From Octopus vulgaris (taxonomy: Eukaryota): a stretch of 64,000 nt of DNA. The translations under genes were made by a program, and so were the position numbers. The notes beneath the pieces are model-generated. The model did no database searches and was not told where the DNA came from. It saw nothing but the letters and a program-made list of their open reading frames with translations. Shown in pieces: positions 23,652-38,235 of this stretch. How positions within the stretch are numbered: position 1 is the first letter of the stretch; each line of letters opens with the position of its first letter. Location: contig OX597825.1 of assembly GCA_951406725.2 (NCBI GenBank), forward strand, positions 59,148,001-59,212,000. The letters are read 5' to 3'.

Positions 23652-26094
23652 TGTTAATCTTAATAATAAATCTTTCTACTATAGGCATCAAACCTGAAAT
23701 TTTGGGGTAGGGGGCAAGTTGATTATATCAACCCAAGTACTTCACAGGTACTTATTTTAGTGACCCTCAAAAGAGTAAAAGAAAGTGACCTCAGCAGAAT
23801 TTGAATTCAGAGCGTAAAGAGGTAGAAGAAATGCTGCTCAGAATTTTCTCTAATGTGCTAACAATTTTGCCAGCAAGAATGGTAAGATGAAGGAGATGCA
23901 GAAGACACAAAGGTGTGTGTGTGTGTGGTGTTGCAGAATATGGACACTATGGAACAGAGTACAAATTACAGACAAGGTTATGTGGTTAAGAAGCTTGCTT
24001 CCCAACCATGCAGCCTTGGGTTCAGTTCCATGACACAGCACCTGGGACAAGTGTCTTTTATTATAGCCCCAGAATGATCAAAACCTTGTGAGTGGATTTG
24101 GTAAAAGAAAACTGAAAGAAGTTCATTTGTATGTCTGTGTGTGTGTGTTTGTATGAAAACAGTTTCACCAGTTTCAAACAACTGCTATGCAATATTTACA
24201 GATAAGTCATCCTCATAAGCTCTAATTCCAGCCCCAAATACCATTCTTGTTATTAAAATAGAAGTTAGTCAAAGCTAGATTTCTTTTGCTTTTTTTTTCC
24301 TTCTTATAAAAAAGGGGCAGAGTACTGACTGTTTCTTGTCAGATAAGCAGTAAAAAAAATATGTCCCTAACTTCTAATTCTTGCTGCACATTGACTATAT
24401 TCCCCGTTTGCTTAAAGTATCTGACCAATTACTGTCTATGTAGGCAGACCATTAGTAACCAAGCCTTTCTAGTTGGAATAATTGAGGCAAAAACCAGTGA
24501 TGGAGTGATTAATTTATTAGAAATGACTTAGCACTGTAGGTTGGGTAGTTTCTTCGTGTTTTTTTTTTTACTTCTATGAAAAGCAGGACAAATATCTACT
24601 TGCTTAAGGAAAAGAAACAGATACATATATACACATACATATATGCATTTATACATACACACAATCATATTTATATATATTTATATATACACACACATAT
24701 ATATATGTAAATACTTAGAGTGGGGAACAGGGGTATATCTAGTAAAAGAGGCAGCAAACAGGGGTATATTTACATTATTTACATTAGATGGATATTTATT
24801 TCTATAAAAAGGAGACAAAAAAGGAGCATATTCTTCTATAGCAACCAGGAGATAGAGAAACAGTCACACACACACACACATATATATATATATCATTATT
24901 ATTATTATTATTATTATAATTTTAATATCTTTTTTCCATGCTGGCATGAGTTGGATGGTTTGACCAGAACTACAAAAGCCAGGGACCACATCAGGTTCCA
25001 TTGTCTGTTCTAGTATGATTTCTATGGCTGGCTTCCTTTCCTAATACCAACCATTTCACAGAGTGTAGTACTGGATGCTTTTTATGTGGCACTAGCACTG
25101 GTATCAGTTCTGCTGTGACGGATGGGTCTAGTCGAAAGACACCTGTTGTTATGTCCTGTTATTTATATTTGTGTAACTTTCTCCATTTTTTCCCCGTCCT
25201 TGTTTTCGTATACATTCGCTTTCTTCCAAGGAATCTAATGCTCTTAGCTTAGTTTCTCCTTGGGGCTGGCCAGATTGGAGCAATCTCAAGTATAACCAGC
25301 CGAAATTGCAAAGATAATCTGGAACTCAACTGAGGAAAGAAAACTCCGAATGATCCGTCCTTGTTTTCTTTGTATTGTCATTCTGGATGATTTGTTGTCC
25401 CTTTCTTGTATCACCTAACCGCCTGGATGTTTTGTGTTCTTGTCCCATTTTGTGTATGTGTATATATATATATATATATATATGCATCACCATGGTGGTG
25501 AAGAATAGGGAGATGTTTACTTATAGAGACAATGAGCCAAACAAATTATATGTAGAGGATTTAGAAATGTTAACAGATACAAAAAGGATATAAAAGCAAT
25601 ATCAAACATAAACTAAAGAGAAAACAGAGGTGATATCAGATATGCAGAAGTATATGAGTAATATCAGATATAAAGAGAATGTAGAAGTGATATCATTAGA
25701 TGTGTCAAAGACTTAAGAGTGATATTATCAATACCTAGAGGAAGTAAAAGTGATATTTACACGTGTAGAAAGAAGACAAAGGTGAGAATGGTTAGTGTAA
25801 TGTGTTGATAGTGTACAAAGTGTCTTCATATGGAGTCTTGTATAGTGTGGTTTTGAGATGAGCAAAAGAAAAGACTTAATAATAGCTGACATCTTTTATA
25901 TATTTCTGACAACAGAAATTGTAAAGAAAATGAAGAAAAAGGAACAGTAACCATGTCAACAAGCTGTTGAGATAACAACTAGAATATCAAGGAGCATTTA
26001 TCTATCTGATTATTTTGGCCTTCCAGAAAAAGCAACAAAATCTCTCTCAAATCACACACTCAATCATTTTAGAAAATTATAGAAAGGAAAAGTG

Positions 26095-26503
26095 AGGTGC
26101 AGGAGTGGCTGTGTGGTAAGTAGCTTGCTAACCAACCACATGGTTCCAGGTTCAGTCCCACTGTGTGGCATCTTGGGCAAGTGTCTTCTGCTATAGCCCC
26201 AGGCCGACCAATGCCTTGTGAGTGGATTTGGTAGACGGAAACTGAAAGAAGCCTGTCGTATATATGTACATATATGTATATGTATGTGTGTGTTTGTGTG
26301 TCTGTGTTTGTCCCCCTAGCATTGCTTGACAACCGATGCTGGTGTGTTTACATCCCCCGTTACTTAGCAGTTCGGCAAAAGATACCGATAGAATAAGTAC
26401 TGGGCTTACAAAAGAATAAGTCCCGGGGTCGAGTTGCTCGATTAAAGGCGGTGCTCCAGCATGGCCACAGTCAAATGACTGAAACAAGTAAAAGAGTAAA
26501 AGA
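26095..26503 (+). mobile_element. Full-length young SINE family C
   Basis: GGTGCAGGAGTGGCTGTGTGGTAAG...GGTTCAGTCCC...AAGTAAAAGAGTAAAAGAG. Confidence 0.93.
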
Positions 26504-27193
26504 GATATACTGAAAGGAGTTGTGGAAAAGATTGGAGGTCACGGTTTGAACACTTTTGGCTGCAAGTCTGCTCAGTCAGGCGTAGCCTTGGGCTCAATGA
26601 CAATTGCTGCAAAAAATAACAGTGCATCAACTGCAGAACAACAAGAGAAAATACAAAAAAAAAAACTAGGGAGGTGGAGGGAATGAGTTGATAAAAACAT
26701 CAAACTGGGAAATGGATTAGATTTGGAGTAGATAATTATTCCTAATTAGTAATGAAATAACTACAACAAATGGATTAATGAGGATTAAAGAGAGATTAGT
26801 TTAGATTATACTGATTGCCCACTCAATAGATCTCGTATATCTTCTAGAATGATTTTCAATGTAAAACTGTAGGAATGTGATGGGTTGACAGTTAAGGGAT
26901 GAATAAAACTGTCACAAGTTCAAACACGCTCTAAGTCAGTAGCTCTGACCGAACAGATCTATGATTAAAATGTATTCCAGCCCAAGACCATCCATGTAGA
27001 TTTATTGATCTTTTTTTTTGTTTTATAGGGATAAGTGTAGGCATGGATGTATGGTTAAGGAGATTGCTTCCAAACCACATATTTTTGGGGTTCAATCCCA
27101 CAGAGTGAACTCTTAGGCACTGTCTGTTCACTATAACTCCATGCTGACCAAAATCTTGTGAGTGAATTAGGTAAGCAGAAACTGAAAGAAGCC

Positions 27194-27242
<49 letters not shown>

Positions 27243-27825
27243 ATATTAATATAAACAGCAGTTTGCAATGTTTCACCAAAAAAGAATAATAATTGTCACT
27301 AAATATGACTAGGGTGTTAGAAAACATCTACATTGCTAGAAATAAGAGCTAAACTGCTCTAATGCTGTTCACTATATATTTCTCTGGGTTCACCACATCT
27401 TATAGTGGAAACAGCTGTAAGTCAATGAATTTCATAAGGTAATTGTTTATTCCTTAGTCATCTCTTTTTCTTATACAATTCAAACAAATGAACAATAAAA
27501 CTAATAATAACACACAACAGGAGGATATGCACAAGGAACATATTTCTTGGAAATAGGTGAATATGGATGACAGGAATGGCAACTGGCCATGGAAAATCTG
27601 CCTGAATAAACTCCAACCAACCTATGCAAGTATGGAAATATCAATGTTACTATGATAAAGTTGGATAGGGAAAAGCACAGAATTACATTGTTATAAAGTT
27701 TACTTCAGAACCACATGGTTCCTGGTTCAATCTCATGATGCACAACCAAGGGCAAGTGTCTTCTATAGTAGCCTCAGGTTGTTCAATTGAGTGTAATTTG
27801 GTTGATAGAAACATGGTCTGTTATT

Positions 27826-28060
27826 AAGGCGGCGAGCTGGCAGAATTGTTAGCACGCCGGGCGAAGTGCTTAGCGGTATTTCGTCTGCCTTTACGTTCTG
27901 AGTTCAAATTCCGCCGAGGTCGACTTTGCCTTTCATCCTTTCGGGGTCAATAAATTAAGTACCAGTTACGCACTGAGGTCGATGTAATCGACTTAATCTG
28001 TTTGTCTGTCCTTGTTTGTCCCCTCTGTGTTTAGCCCCTTGTGGGTAGTAAAGAAATAAG
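27826..28060 (+). mobile_element. Full-length young SINE family D with ~20-bp TSD
   Basis: CpG-rich copy flanked by AGAAACATGGT(C/A)TGT(T/C)ATTA at 27807-27826 and 28059-28078. Confidence 0.93.
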
Positions 28061-29265
28061 AAACATGGTATGTCATTATTGCCATTTTAAAATCCAATTT
28101 TCTATGCTTGCATGGTTCAGGCAGAATTCAATGGGGCAAATTTTCTACAGTTGGTTGCTCTACCTGTTATTAACCCTCATTGTTTCCAAGCAATAGGTAA
28201 GTGTTGGTGACAAGAAGAGCATATGGCTGCAGAAAATATTTCCCTCATGGCTGGATATGTTTTCATGGAAGATTGGAAATGAATGGTGTTGCTTGTATGA
28301 TGGTGACACTTGTTTACGATTATCATGCAATATCAAAGAAAGGAGAGAGAGAGACACACACACACATACAAATATATACATGCACATACACACAAGCTTT
28401 ATATATGCATACATATATGCGTGCTCACACACACAGGTGCACAATCGTGAGGTTGTGAGTTCAAATCCCAGACTAGGCTGTGTGTTGTGTTCTTAAGCAA
28501 GACACTTTATTTCACATTATACCAGATCACTCATCTGCAGAAATGAGTTGCAAGCTGTATTGGCCTTTGCCTTTCCCTTGGATAACATTGGTGGCATTAA
28601 AAGGCTGAACCTTTCTTGGACTTGTGCCTCAGAGAGAGAACTTTCTAGGTACAATCCCATGGTCATGACCAAAGGGGGTTTTTACCCTTCATTCTAAAGA
28701 AGGGAAAGAAGGAAAGACAGGTGCAAAGGAAGGGGGGTGAAAGAAGAGGGTCAGGAATAAAAGAGAAACAAGTAAAAAAAGTAATAAAGACGGGGAGAAA
28801 GAAACAAATTAACCAACAAACAAACTGGAAACCAACAGATAAACAAATATAGCTGAAATCACAAAATGGAAGAAAAGTATCTGGCCATGAATGGAGAAAA
28901 GTTATAACATTTCTGAGAAAGTACTCAACACTTTTAAATACTAGAATTCTTTTATTGTATAAGAGAATAACAGAAACTTATTCCATTCTGGGAATTTTTT
29001 TTCTCTCTTTTATTTGTCTGAACTGATGTTAGTATGTAGACAGCATTACTGCTTTCATTGGATCCTACCCAAGTATTTTAGCTAAAATATAGAAATATTT
29101 CTTTAATTCTTTTGTGATGACAGTTCTAACACAGACAGCAGATGGCTTCAGTGTTTCAATGAATTTTCAATATAACTATACATACATATGTACTGATTTC
29201 TGTAGTTTTGCTTTCATTGCTTGTTATTTTTTGGCTTTCAAATTTAAGATGGATGATGAGAGCTA

Positions 29266-29309
29266 ATACAAGACATTTTATACATTCATACAAGACATTT
29301 TATACATTC
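29266..29309. repeat. 22-bp perfect tandem duplication
   Basis: ATACAAGACATTTTATACATTC twice. Confidence 0.95.
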
Positions 29310-31871
29310 AAAATGTAATAAAATGCAACTTAAACTGCATACAACAACTGAACATATGGCATGGTGATTCCAAAAATGTTGTGGTAGAGAGCCTCCCGAG
29401 AGATGAGGAAGACCACCAATGATCATCTGTAAGGCCATTATGACCAACTGAAGGCCATTATTGTAAAGGGAACATTAAACCTATGATTGCACACACACAT
29501 ACACATACATATATATTACAGAAAGGTGTCAAAATTATAATGATATCTGGCTGGCAACTAATGAAGGGTTCAGCTTTTCTGTGTCTATTGCTTCTTTTGC
29601 TGTATTTTTCTTTTGCTGTATTTTTCTTTTGTGAATTCCGTTGTCATATCTCTATGCCACATTTTTCCTTTTATATATACACACACATATATATCCTTAC
29701 TGTTATATATATATATATATATCTATATATATATATACAAATTTCACAAACAAGGCATTGGAACAGCCACTGAAACAGTGTGGGACTGAACCAAAAACCA
29801 TGTGGTTGCAAAAAGAACTTCAACAAATATCTTCCTACATCATTCATCACTTACGTCTACCATGGACAGCTAACTCACCTACAAATCGAAAAACTCAATT
29901 TACCAAGTATGAAACCATCTTTTCACATAAGCAAATCTTAGACATATTCTTACAGATTCTCCTCAAACCACCAACACTTGACTTCATACGTGAATATCTA
30001 AAAATAAAAAAGATGATTGAGGATAGAATCTTGATGGACACCCTCTGTACATTATAGTCTTCATTAAAATCCCATCCTAGCATCAACTTAACACTCACAA
30101 CATGCTTTTCTATATTCTCAGTTACAAAGCTGTGAGTGTAGATTTATCAAGGACTTTCTCTATAAACATAAATACAAGAGTCATTTGTTTTCCAGTGAGA
30201 ACTTCTCCCGAAGGCATTTTACAAAAGATCTATGTTTGTATGTGTGAGAATTGGCAAGTACTCTCTAAATGAATTCAGACAACTACAAAAAATAGACAAA
30301 AGCAAAACAACACCATCACCACCAATACAACTAATTCTACTATTACTACTAAAACTACTAACATCATCATCATCATCATCATCATCATCAATATCGTGAT
30401 CAACAAAGAAAAATCACATACATCAATTACCGAACAACCCCCCAACATAAAATCTTCACACCTACACACATTTCAGTTATTCCCTTGCTACCAATAAACG
30501 ACAGCTGAAGAAGATTAAGGAACCGAATCTAATGCATACGAGATAATGTTAAACATCAAATACTTTCTTTTACGCAATGTACATAATGCATGGTGATGCA
30601 ATACAGATGCAACAGAACAAAACATAACATAGATATTGGGGGATTACCAAAAATATCAAAACAGGGTAGTAGCAACACACGACAACCACACAAACACATT
30701 GTGTGTATACACATACACACATAGACATGTATACACACACACACGTGTGCATGCATTGACACACATATATATATATACACACCTGGTGGGCTGTAAAGTT
30801 AAGTGGACCTTAATGCAATTTGAAGGGGAGAATCAAGACTACAGAATAACTTAGAGGAATACATAAACAGGCACCCAAAATAGACAACTTGATGTGAGTA
30901 ACCCTTTTAAGGTTAAATGGCAAATGCAAAAAAATTAACAAAAGAAAAGAAAAAAATTAGGGTGTTATGTCACCGTGACCTTCATTCACACATTTTTACA
31001 TGAAAACCCCAGCAGAGCGCTGCTGTCACATCTACATTTTAGACAGGAATTCAGCGGTAAAAATAATAAATGCAATATATTTACATATACATATATATAT
31101 ACGTTTCTTAATCTCTATGCTGAAGCCATAATGAATTATTGTAATGTAACCACTGTTTACTTTCTGATGCTAGGCTACAATTGTATGTTTATTAAAGAGG
31201 TGTAGCTTACATTTCAATTGACGTGTATATATATATGTGTATATATATATAAATACATAGTACTAACTGAGGTAGCAAGTTATCCCTGATTATTAAGACA
31301 GAACATACACATATATAACAGATACTTATAAACACCTGAGACACACGAGAGTGAAATTTGAGGGAGATTTGGCTGCAACTACTACTACTAGTATTACTAC
31401 TACTACTACATCGTCGAGAGAGTAAAAGATACTCCAGTGTTGACTCACATATATACTTTACACATATAAATATTTATATAGATTCATAGATATATAATGG
31501 TGGTTTGTAGCGTATGGAAGATGTGGCTGCTATTTCTAGCAGATATCGTAACTAAGTAAAGGTGCCCCTGTTGGCTCAGAGACACCTATATAATTTCATA
31601 AGAAAGTAGGGTGAAGTTGCAGCTATTTCTGTCAGAGCCAGAATATATAAAACACAGGTAGAGATACAGATTGCAAATAATATATTTTCTTTTACAGGTT
31701 TTCAGTCATTGGACTGCAGCTATGGTGAGGCAACATTTCAAAGGATTTAGTAGAACAAGTCAGTCCCAGTAATTATTTTCAATATCTTATGCTTATTCTA
31801 TCAACCACTTTTTACTAAGCTACTAAGTTACAGTGACATAAGCATACTAATACTGTTGTAAAGCAGTATTG

Positions 31872-32187
31872 CGTGTAGGTGCAATGGCCCAGTGGTTAGG
31901 GCAGCTGACTTGTGGTTGGAGGATCGCGGTTTTGATTCCAAGACCGGGCATTGCGTGTTTATTGAGCGAAAACACATAAAACTCCATGAGGCTCCAGCAG
32001 AGGGTGGTGGTGACCCCTGTTGTACTCTTTCACCCCAACTTTCTCTTACACTTTCTTCTTGTTTCTTGGGTAAGGCTGCGATGGACTGGCGTCCCGTCCA
32101 GCTGGGGGGAACACATATGCCACAGAAACCAGGAATCTGGCCTCATGAGCCTGGCTAGGCTTGAAAAGGGTGCATAAATAAAAATAA
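31872..32187 (+). mobile_element. tRNA-derived SINE, head A with tail 3, nested in a minus-strand family C relic
   Basis: TSD AAAGCAGT(A/G)TTG at 31860-31871 and 32188-32199. Tail matches 7488-7592. Confidence 0.88.
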
Positions 32188-32707
32188 AAAGCAGTGTTGG
32201 TGGATGGGCGGAGGTGCAAATGATAAGCATCCACTCAGTTTCTGTCTGTCAAATTTACTCATATGGCACTGGTTAGCTCACGGTTATAGAATATATTTGT
32301 CCAAAGTGCAGTGCAACACAACTGAACCTGAAAATTCTTAATTACAGTCGTGCCTGCACCTGTATATAATGGACTTTCCTGTTGAAGACAACGTATGAGC
32401 ATTCAGCTTTTTGCTAAACAACCTGCATAAATGATTTGTTTATAGTGATCAAATGTTCATGCCACACTGTAGCTCACTTTCTCTATCAAATCAACATTGA
32501 ACAGGTGCACTGTGTGCTCTGCATTTGTGGTCAGATGCCTTTCCTGTCACCAACCCTCATTTATTTCGAAATCATTTAATATTTTCCATGGCCAGACATG
32601 TTTTTGCAGAGTATTGGAAATGAAGGACACTGCTTGTATGACAGTGACACTCATTTACAACTATTACACTATATGAAACAAAGAGACATAAATACACACA
32701 CACACAC

Positions 32708-32990
32708 AGGGAGAATTCACAAAAAAAAAAAAACAGAAGATGAAGACAGGTGGTGTAGACAACAAACAAATGTATTAGTATAATGCTCGGGAAGGGAAAA
32801 AGTCTTTAACATTTTGAGCCTATGCTCTTCCACAGAAAGGAACACAGAAAGAAACAAGGAGAGAAAAATAAAGAATGTGTAGTGGCTAGCGATCTATCAT
32901 GGCAAACGCTGGACAGAAGGGTCACACAGGAGAGATAGGGAGAAGGGGAGATAATAAAATAGTGGTGATCCCAGAACGAAGGTATGCGTG
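32708..32990 (-). mobile_element. Penelope-like terminal-repeat remnant with a degenerate hammerhead (32804-32839)
   Basis: Homologous to 38045-38235. Minus strand reads cttt-CTGTGGA-A-GAGC-atag-GCTC-AAAAT-GTT-aaag. Sits inside the microsatellite of a SINE. Confidence 0.65.
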
Positions 32991-34264
32991 TGTATATATA
33001 TATATATATATATATACATACATACATGCACACACTATGGGCTTCTTTCAGTCTCTCTCTAGCAAATTCACTCACAAGACTTTGTTCAGCCCAGGACTGA
33101 TCACTTCTCCATGATGTTATGCAGTGAAACTGAACCCACAACCACATGATTAAGAGGCAAACTTCTTAACCACACAACCAGGTTTGTGCCTCTCATTCAA
33201 ACTGTATGATATCCAAGCAAGAAAAAATATCCCCTAAAACATGGCTTTAACCTAAGTTAAGAGCTAACTGCAATTTATAAAAGCCTGGAAAGGAATTAAT
33301 GGATGTTATCGAAAGGAACAAATCCTAGTTTAACAAATCCAAACACTAATGAGAAAATAGTGCTAAAAATAATAATAAACCAAATTTAATATATTCTATA
33401 TTAAAACCATGGATTCAATTTATTTGGTTATTAATTTGATTAACAGTGTTTTTAAATAGCATTTGAAATTTGAACTCAAAGTCAAAATTCAATTTGCAAG
33501 TAAGAGAAAATTTTAATACTATAATTTATTAATTTAATATTACAATTTGTTAGCACACCAGGCAAAATGAAGTAAAATTGCTCAGCAGCATTTTGTCTGT
33601 CTTTGCATTCTGAGTTCAAATTCTGTTGAGGCCGACTTTGCCTTTTGTTCTTTAGTGGTTGATAAAATTAGTACCAGTTGAGCACTGGGGTCAATGTTAT
33701 TGACTTAGCTCCTCCTCCAAACTTGCTGGCCTTGTGCCAAAATTTGAAAGCAATATTACAATTTATTTCCTATTTTGTATTTTTAAAATGTTTAATTTGA
33801 ATTCAACTTTCAGCTTCCTATTTCCATTTGGCTTTGGCTTAATGGGAAGTATCTGTTATATCTATGTTCTATGAAATGTATAAAGGAATTTTGTTTATAA
33901 AGGGTTTCTTGGAACAGTTTTTGAAAAAATATTGGATGCTGTGAGATTAAGAAACTTGCATCTGAGTCATTTAGTCTTAGGTTTAATTACACCATGTGAC
34001 ACTTTCGACAGCTCTAGTCTGACCGAAGCCTTATAAGTAGATTTGGTAGGCGGAAACTGAAAGAAGCCTGTTGCATACATATACATGTATGTGTGTGTTT
34101 GTAAGTGTGTTTGTATGTGTGTGCGTGTGTATGTGTGTGTGTGTGCTTGTGCAAATGAGTGAGTGTGTGAGCATCATTGTCATACAAATAATGTTGTTCA
34201 TCCTTAATCTGTCTCAAAAAACATGAGTTATCTCAGATATGGTGCCAACTATGTCCACACAGAC

Positions 34265-34965
34265 GTAATTGGAGATACTAACAAGTCCCAAGTCCCTGCA
34301 GTCAGATTGTCTTATGGAGTGGATCAAACCAAAGTAGGAGGGTTTGCCTCCTGAAACTTAGGCTGAAAGAAGGACTGGTGTGGCTGTTGGTTGCAAATTT
34401 ACACACCAAATAGCGAGGGCAAATACAAATCCTTCCTTGATGAAATCTCTCCAGCTTTAGATGTGCTTGTTCCTTCTCGAGCCATGCTTGGCTCATAAGG
34501 GCCGGTTTCCCAGTTTCCTTGGCATATAGGTTCCCCTCCTGGACAGGATGCCAGTCCGTCGCAGATGAGCTGCAAGATGCAGGAGGAAAGAGTGAGAGAA
34601 AGTTGCGGCGAAAGAGTTAGCAGAAGTTTGCCATTACCTTCTGCCGAAGCTACGTGGAGCTTAGGTGTTTCGCTCATAAACACACACATCACTCGGTCTG
34701 AGATTCAAACCCGCAACCCCTCAACTGCGAGTCTGCTGCTCTAACAACTAGGCCATGTGCCTCCACACTTTAGATATAGTTAAGACTGGTTCAAGGAAAT
34801 TTCAATGCACATGTTGGCACTGATCACCATATGTGGAACGGAATGATTGGGACGAATGGTGACCCTAAACTCAATGTGAATGAAAAGGCCTTACTAGACT
34901 TTTGTGCTGGAAATGGGCTCTCCGTTATGAAAGTGTTCTTAAACCACAGGGATATCCATAAGTAT
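34265..34965 (+). pseudogene. RTE-clade LINE AP-endonuclease fragment, frameshifted and split by a SINE
   Basis: Manual translation gives RVCLLKLRLK.. / QIYTPNSEGKYKSFLDEISPALD (to 34462), then GNFNAHVGTDHHMWNGMIGTNGDPKLNVNEKALLDFCAGNGLSVMKVFLNHRDIHKY (34795-34965). This matches the RTE pattern GDFNAHVG...LLDFC...HK. Confidence 0.85.
34463..34767 (-). mobile_element. tRNA-derived SINE (head A variant) with 8-bp TSD
   Basis: CTTTAGAT at 34455-34462 and 34768-34775. Reverse complement of 35114-35411. Confidence 0.9.
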
Positions 34966-35113
34966 CTTCTGAGTGTAATTAGGTAAACAGAAACTGTATT
35001 GATGTCTGCTGGATGAATTGTACCTATGATTCAAAGATTCAACCTTGTCACATTATATCATGCTCAGGAAGAATCTCAGATGATTCTACCAGAGAAGTAT
35101 GTCCAAAGAACAT

Positions 35114-35411
35114 TGTGGAGGCACATGGCCTAGTGGTCAGAGCAGCGGACTCATGGTCGGGGGATCATGGGTTCGAATCTCAGACGAGGCAATGTGTGTG
35201 TTTATAAGTGAGACACCTAAGCTCCACGCAGCTCCAGCAGAAGGTAATGGCGAACTTCTGCTGACTCTTTCGCCACAACTTTCTCTTACTCTTTCCTCCT
35301 GCATCTTGCAGCTCACCTGCAACAGACCAGTGTCCCGTCCAGGTGGGGAACCTATATGCCAAGGAAACCAGGAAACCGGCCCTAATGAGCCAGGCACAGC
35401 TTGAGAAGGAA
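35114..35411 (+). mobile_element. tRNA-derived SINE (head A variant) with 10-bp TSD
   Basis: A-box TGGCCTAGTGG and B-box GGTTCGAATC. CAAAG(A/T)ACAT at 35104-35113 and 35412-35421. Confidence 0.9.
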
Positions 35412-36013
35412 CAAAGTACATGTATCTGCAGAATGTTCAACCTACTCATGTGTTAGTTCAATGAACAGGTAACTAATTCAGTCAACAGAAACCCTATTAA
35501 TGTAGTCAAGCCTGAAAGATTTAAAATCTGTGGACCCTATTTCAGAAATGTAAAAGAGCTTGTCATAAGGAGATTTGGTTACTATTCTGATCAGGTCAAG
35601 ACACTTGCTAGTTTATGTAGTATTGGCGTTCTTGTTGTCATTGTTGTTGTTAGCGGTGGTGGTTAGTAATTGTATAGGAGGGCATAACTTTGGGCAGTAG
35701 AATAATTAACAGAAAGTAATCAACACCTGTAATTTTAAAGACAATTAACATGAACAAGGTGCAATTTGGACCTGATTAAAAACAGCTTAATAACAACTAT
35801 GAGTCTGAATCTATAAGACCAAATTAGTGAGGAATTGGAGATGGTAGTGGCGGTAGTGGAGCTGATGGTACCAATGTGCTAATAATAGTAGTGGTGGAGA
35901 CAATAGTAGTAGTGGTGGTGGTGGAACAATGAAGACAGTAGCAATGCTAAAAAGCAAAATTACTAATATCAACTACATAAATATAAAAAATAAGTTGAAT
36001 GATAATATATAAT

Positions 36014-36712
36014 ATGTGTGTGTATAAATATATATATATATATAAATATATATATATACAAATATATATATATATATACATACACGTACATATATACATA
36101 CAAATATATATATATACATACATACAAATATATATATATGCATACATATATACAAATATATATATATGCATACATACATACAAATATATATATATGCATA
36201 CATACATACAATATATATATATATACATACATACAAATATATATATATACATACATACATACATACAAATTTATATATATATATATACATACATACAAAT
36301 ATATATATATATACATACATACATACAAATATATATATATACATACATACAAATATATATATACATACATACAAATATATATACATACATACATACAAAT
36401 ATATATACGTACATACATACATACAAATATATATATACGTACATACATACATACAAATATATATACATACATACAAATATATATACGTACATACATACAT
36501 ACATACAAATATATATACGTACATACATACAAATATATATACATACATACATACATACAAATATATATACGTACATACATACAAATATATATACGTACAT
36601 ACATACAAATATATATACGTACATACATACAAATATATATACGTACATACATACATACAAATATATATACGTACATACATACATACAAATATATATACGT
36701 ACATACATACAT

Positions 36713-36747
<35 letters not shown>

Positions 36748-36985
36748 CATACAAATATATATATATATACATGCATACATACAAATATATTTATATATAT
36801 ATATACATACATACAAATATATTTATATATATATATATACATACATACAAATATATTTATATATATATATATATATACATACAAATATATTTATATATAT
36901 ATACACATACATATATATATATATTTATATATATAGACATAGACACACACACGTATATATATATGTACATACACACACACACACA
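36014..36985. repeat. ~1 kb compound TA/CATA micro- and minisatellite
   Basis: Higher-order unit (TACA)2-4 AATATATATA(CG) reiterated. Confidence 0.95.
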
Positions 36986-37240
36986 GAATGAATAGAAAGT
37001 AGTGTCTATGCACAGCCATACACACATCAGATAGACAGACAGGCAGACGTAGACAGACGTAGAGAGACAGATGGATATCATACTTCTTGTCATAAATAAG
37101 AAAATAGAAACGAAAGAAGTATAACTGATATTTAGAAGGGGAGTGGATTTGTGGTAAGACCGGGTGGGTGAGGTGGTTTCTCCTTGAAGGTCTTTGTCCA
37201 AAATGGTGAACAGAGGGTATCAAATGTTGAACTTCTGATC

Positions 37241-37284
<44 letters not shown>

Positions 37285-37389
37285 GCATACATATGTGATG
37301 GCAGCTAGTTATAGCTAAAGATAATGTTATCAACCAGCTATTGAAAAGGCTTCCGCCCACTGTACGTGCATACATATATGTGTTTGTAT

Positions 37390-37770
37390 TCTTTTATTCT
37401 TTTACTTATTTCAGTCATCTGACTGCGGCCATGCTGGAGCACTGCCTTTAGTCAGACAAATCGATCCCAGGACTTATTCTTTGTACACCTAGCACTTATT
37501 CTATTAGACTCTTTTGCTGAACCACTAAGTTAAGGGGACATAAACACACCAACATCAGTTGTCAAGCGATGTTGTGGGGACAAACACAGACACACACATA
37601 TATATATATAAGATGGGCTTCTTTCAGTTTCTATCTGCCAAATCCACTCACAAGGCTTTGGTTGGCCTGAAGCTATAGTAGAAGACACTAACCCAAGGTG
37701 CCATGCAGTAGGACTGAACTCAGAACCATGTGGTTGGGAAGCAAGCTCCTTCCCACACAGCCATGTCTGT
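37390..37770 (-). mobile_element. Full-length SINE family C
   Basis: Reverse complement homology to 26095-26503. Confidence 0.9.
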
Positions 37771-37800
37771 GCTATGTGTGTGTATATATATATATATATA

Positions 37801-38004
37801 TAGCAAACCCTTGCCATATCACAGTTCACCTGTTGCGGTTTATTATTTAAGCTTACGTCGGTTCCTCCGTGGTGTTGTTTTGCATTTATAATAAATATAT
37901 ACAATTTATAAAAAAATAAAATACAGTAGTTTTTACTTTGTGGATTTTCACCCATTGCAGGGTGGTTTTGGAACGTAACACCCGTGATAGTTAAGGGATT
38001 ACTG
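37801..38004. mobile_element. Tigger/pogo-like MITE
   Basis: Degenerate TIRs TAGCAAACCCTTGCCATATCAC and GTGATAGTTAAGGGATTACTG, with TA on both sides. Confidence 0.55.
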
Positions 38005-38010
38005 TATGTG

Positions 38011-38044
<34 letters not shown>

Positions 38045-38046
<2 letters not shown>

Positions 38047-38235
38047 GGGAGAGGTTACGAAAAAACAAAAGACGAAGACAGGTGGTGTACAAAACAAATA
38101 GATGTATTAGTATAACGCTCAGGAATAGAAGAAGTCTTTTACGTTTCGAGCCTACGCTCTTCTACAGAAAGGGATACAGAAAAAAACAAGGAGAGAAAAA
38201 ATGTGTGTAGTGGCTAACGATCTATCATGGCGACT
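38045..38235 (-). mobile_element. Penelope-like terminal-repeat remnant with a minimal hammerhead variant (38136-38171)
   Basis: Minus strand reads cttt-CTGTAGA-A-GAGC-gtag-GCTC-GAAAC-GTA-aaag. Flanked by (TA)n on both sides. Confidence 0.7.

Noticed and set aside
25580-25790. Recurrent AGTGATATC motif at ~28-bp spacing
   Set aside because: Best explained as a decayed minisatellite, with no further structure or coding signal.
29820-30540. Possible PLE coding relic (HLRLPW) and CTGAAGA-AGATT..AATCT motif; similar hints at 25270-25350, 37100-37240, 38610-38690 and 39380-39740
   Set aside because: Too degraded. No complete hammerhead core or unambiguous RT/GIY-YIG motif can be read by eye.
35947-36995. 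ORFs of 250-330 aa (YIYIHT/MYVC repeats)
   Set aside because: These are stop-free translations of a TA/CA microsatellite, open in several frames on both strands. The same applies at 537-872, 11317-11755 and 43994-44800.
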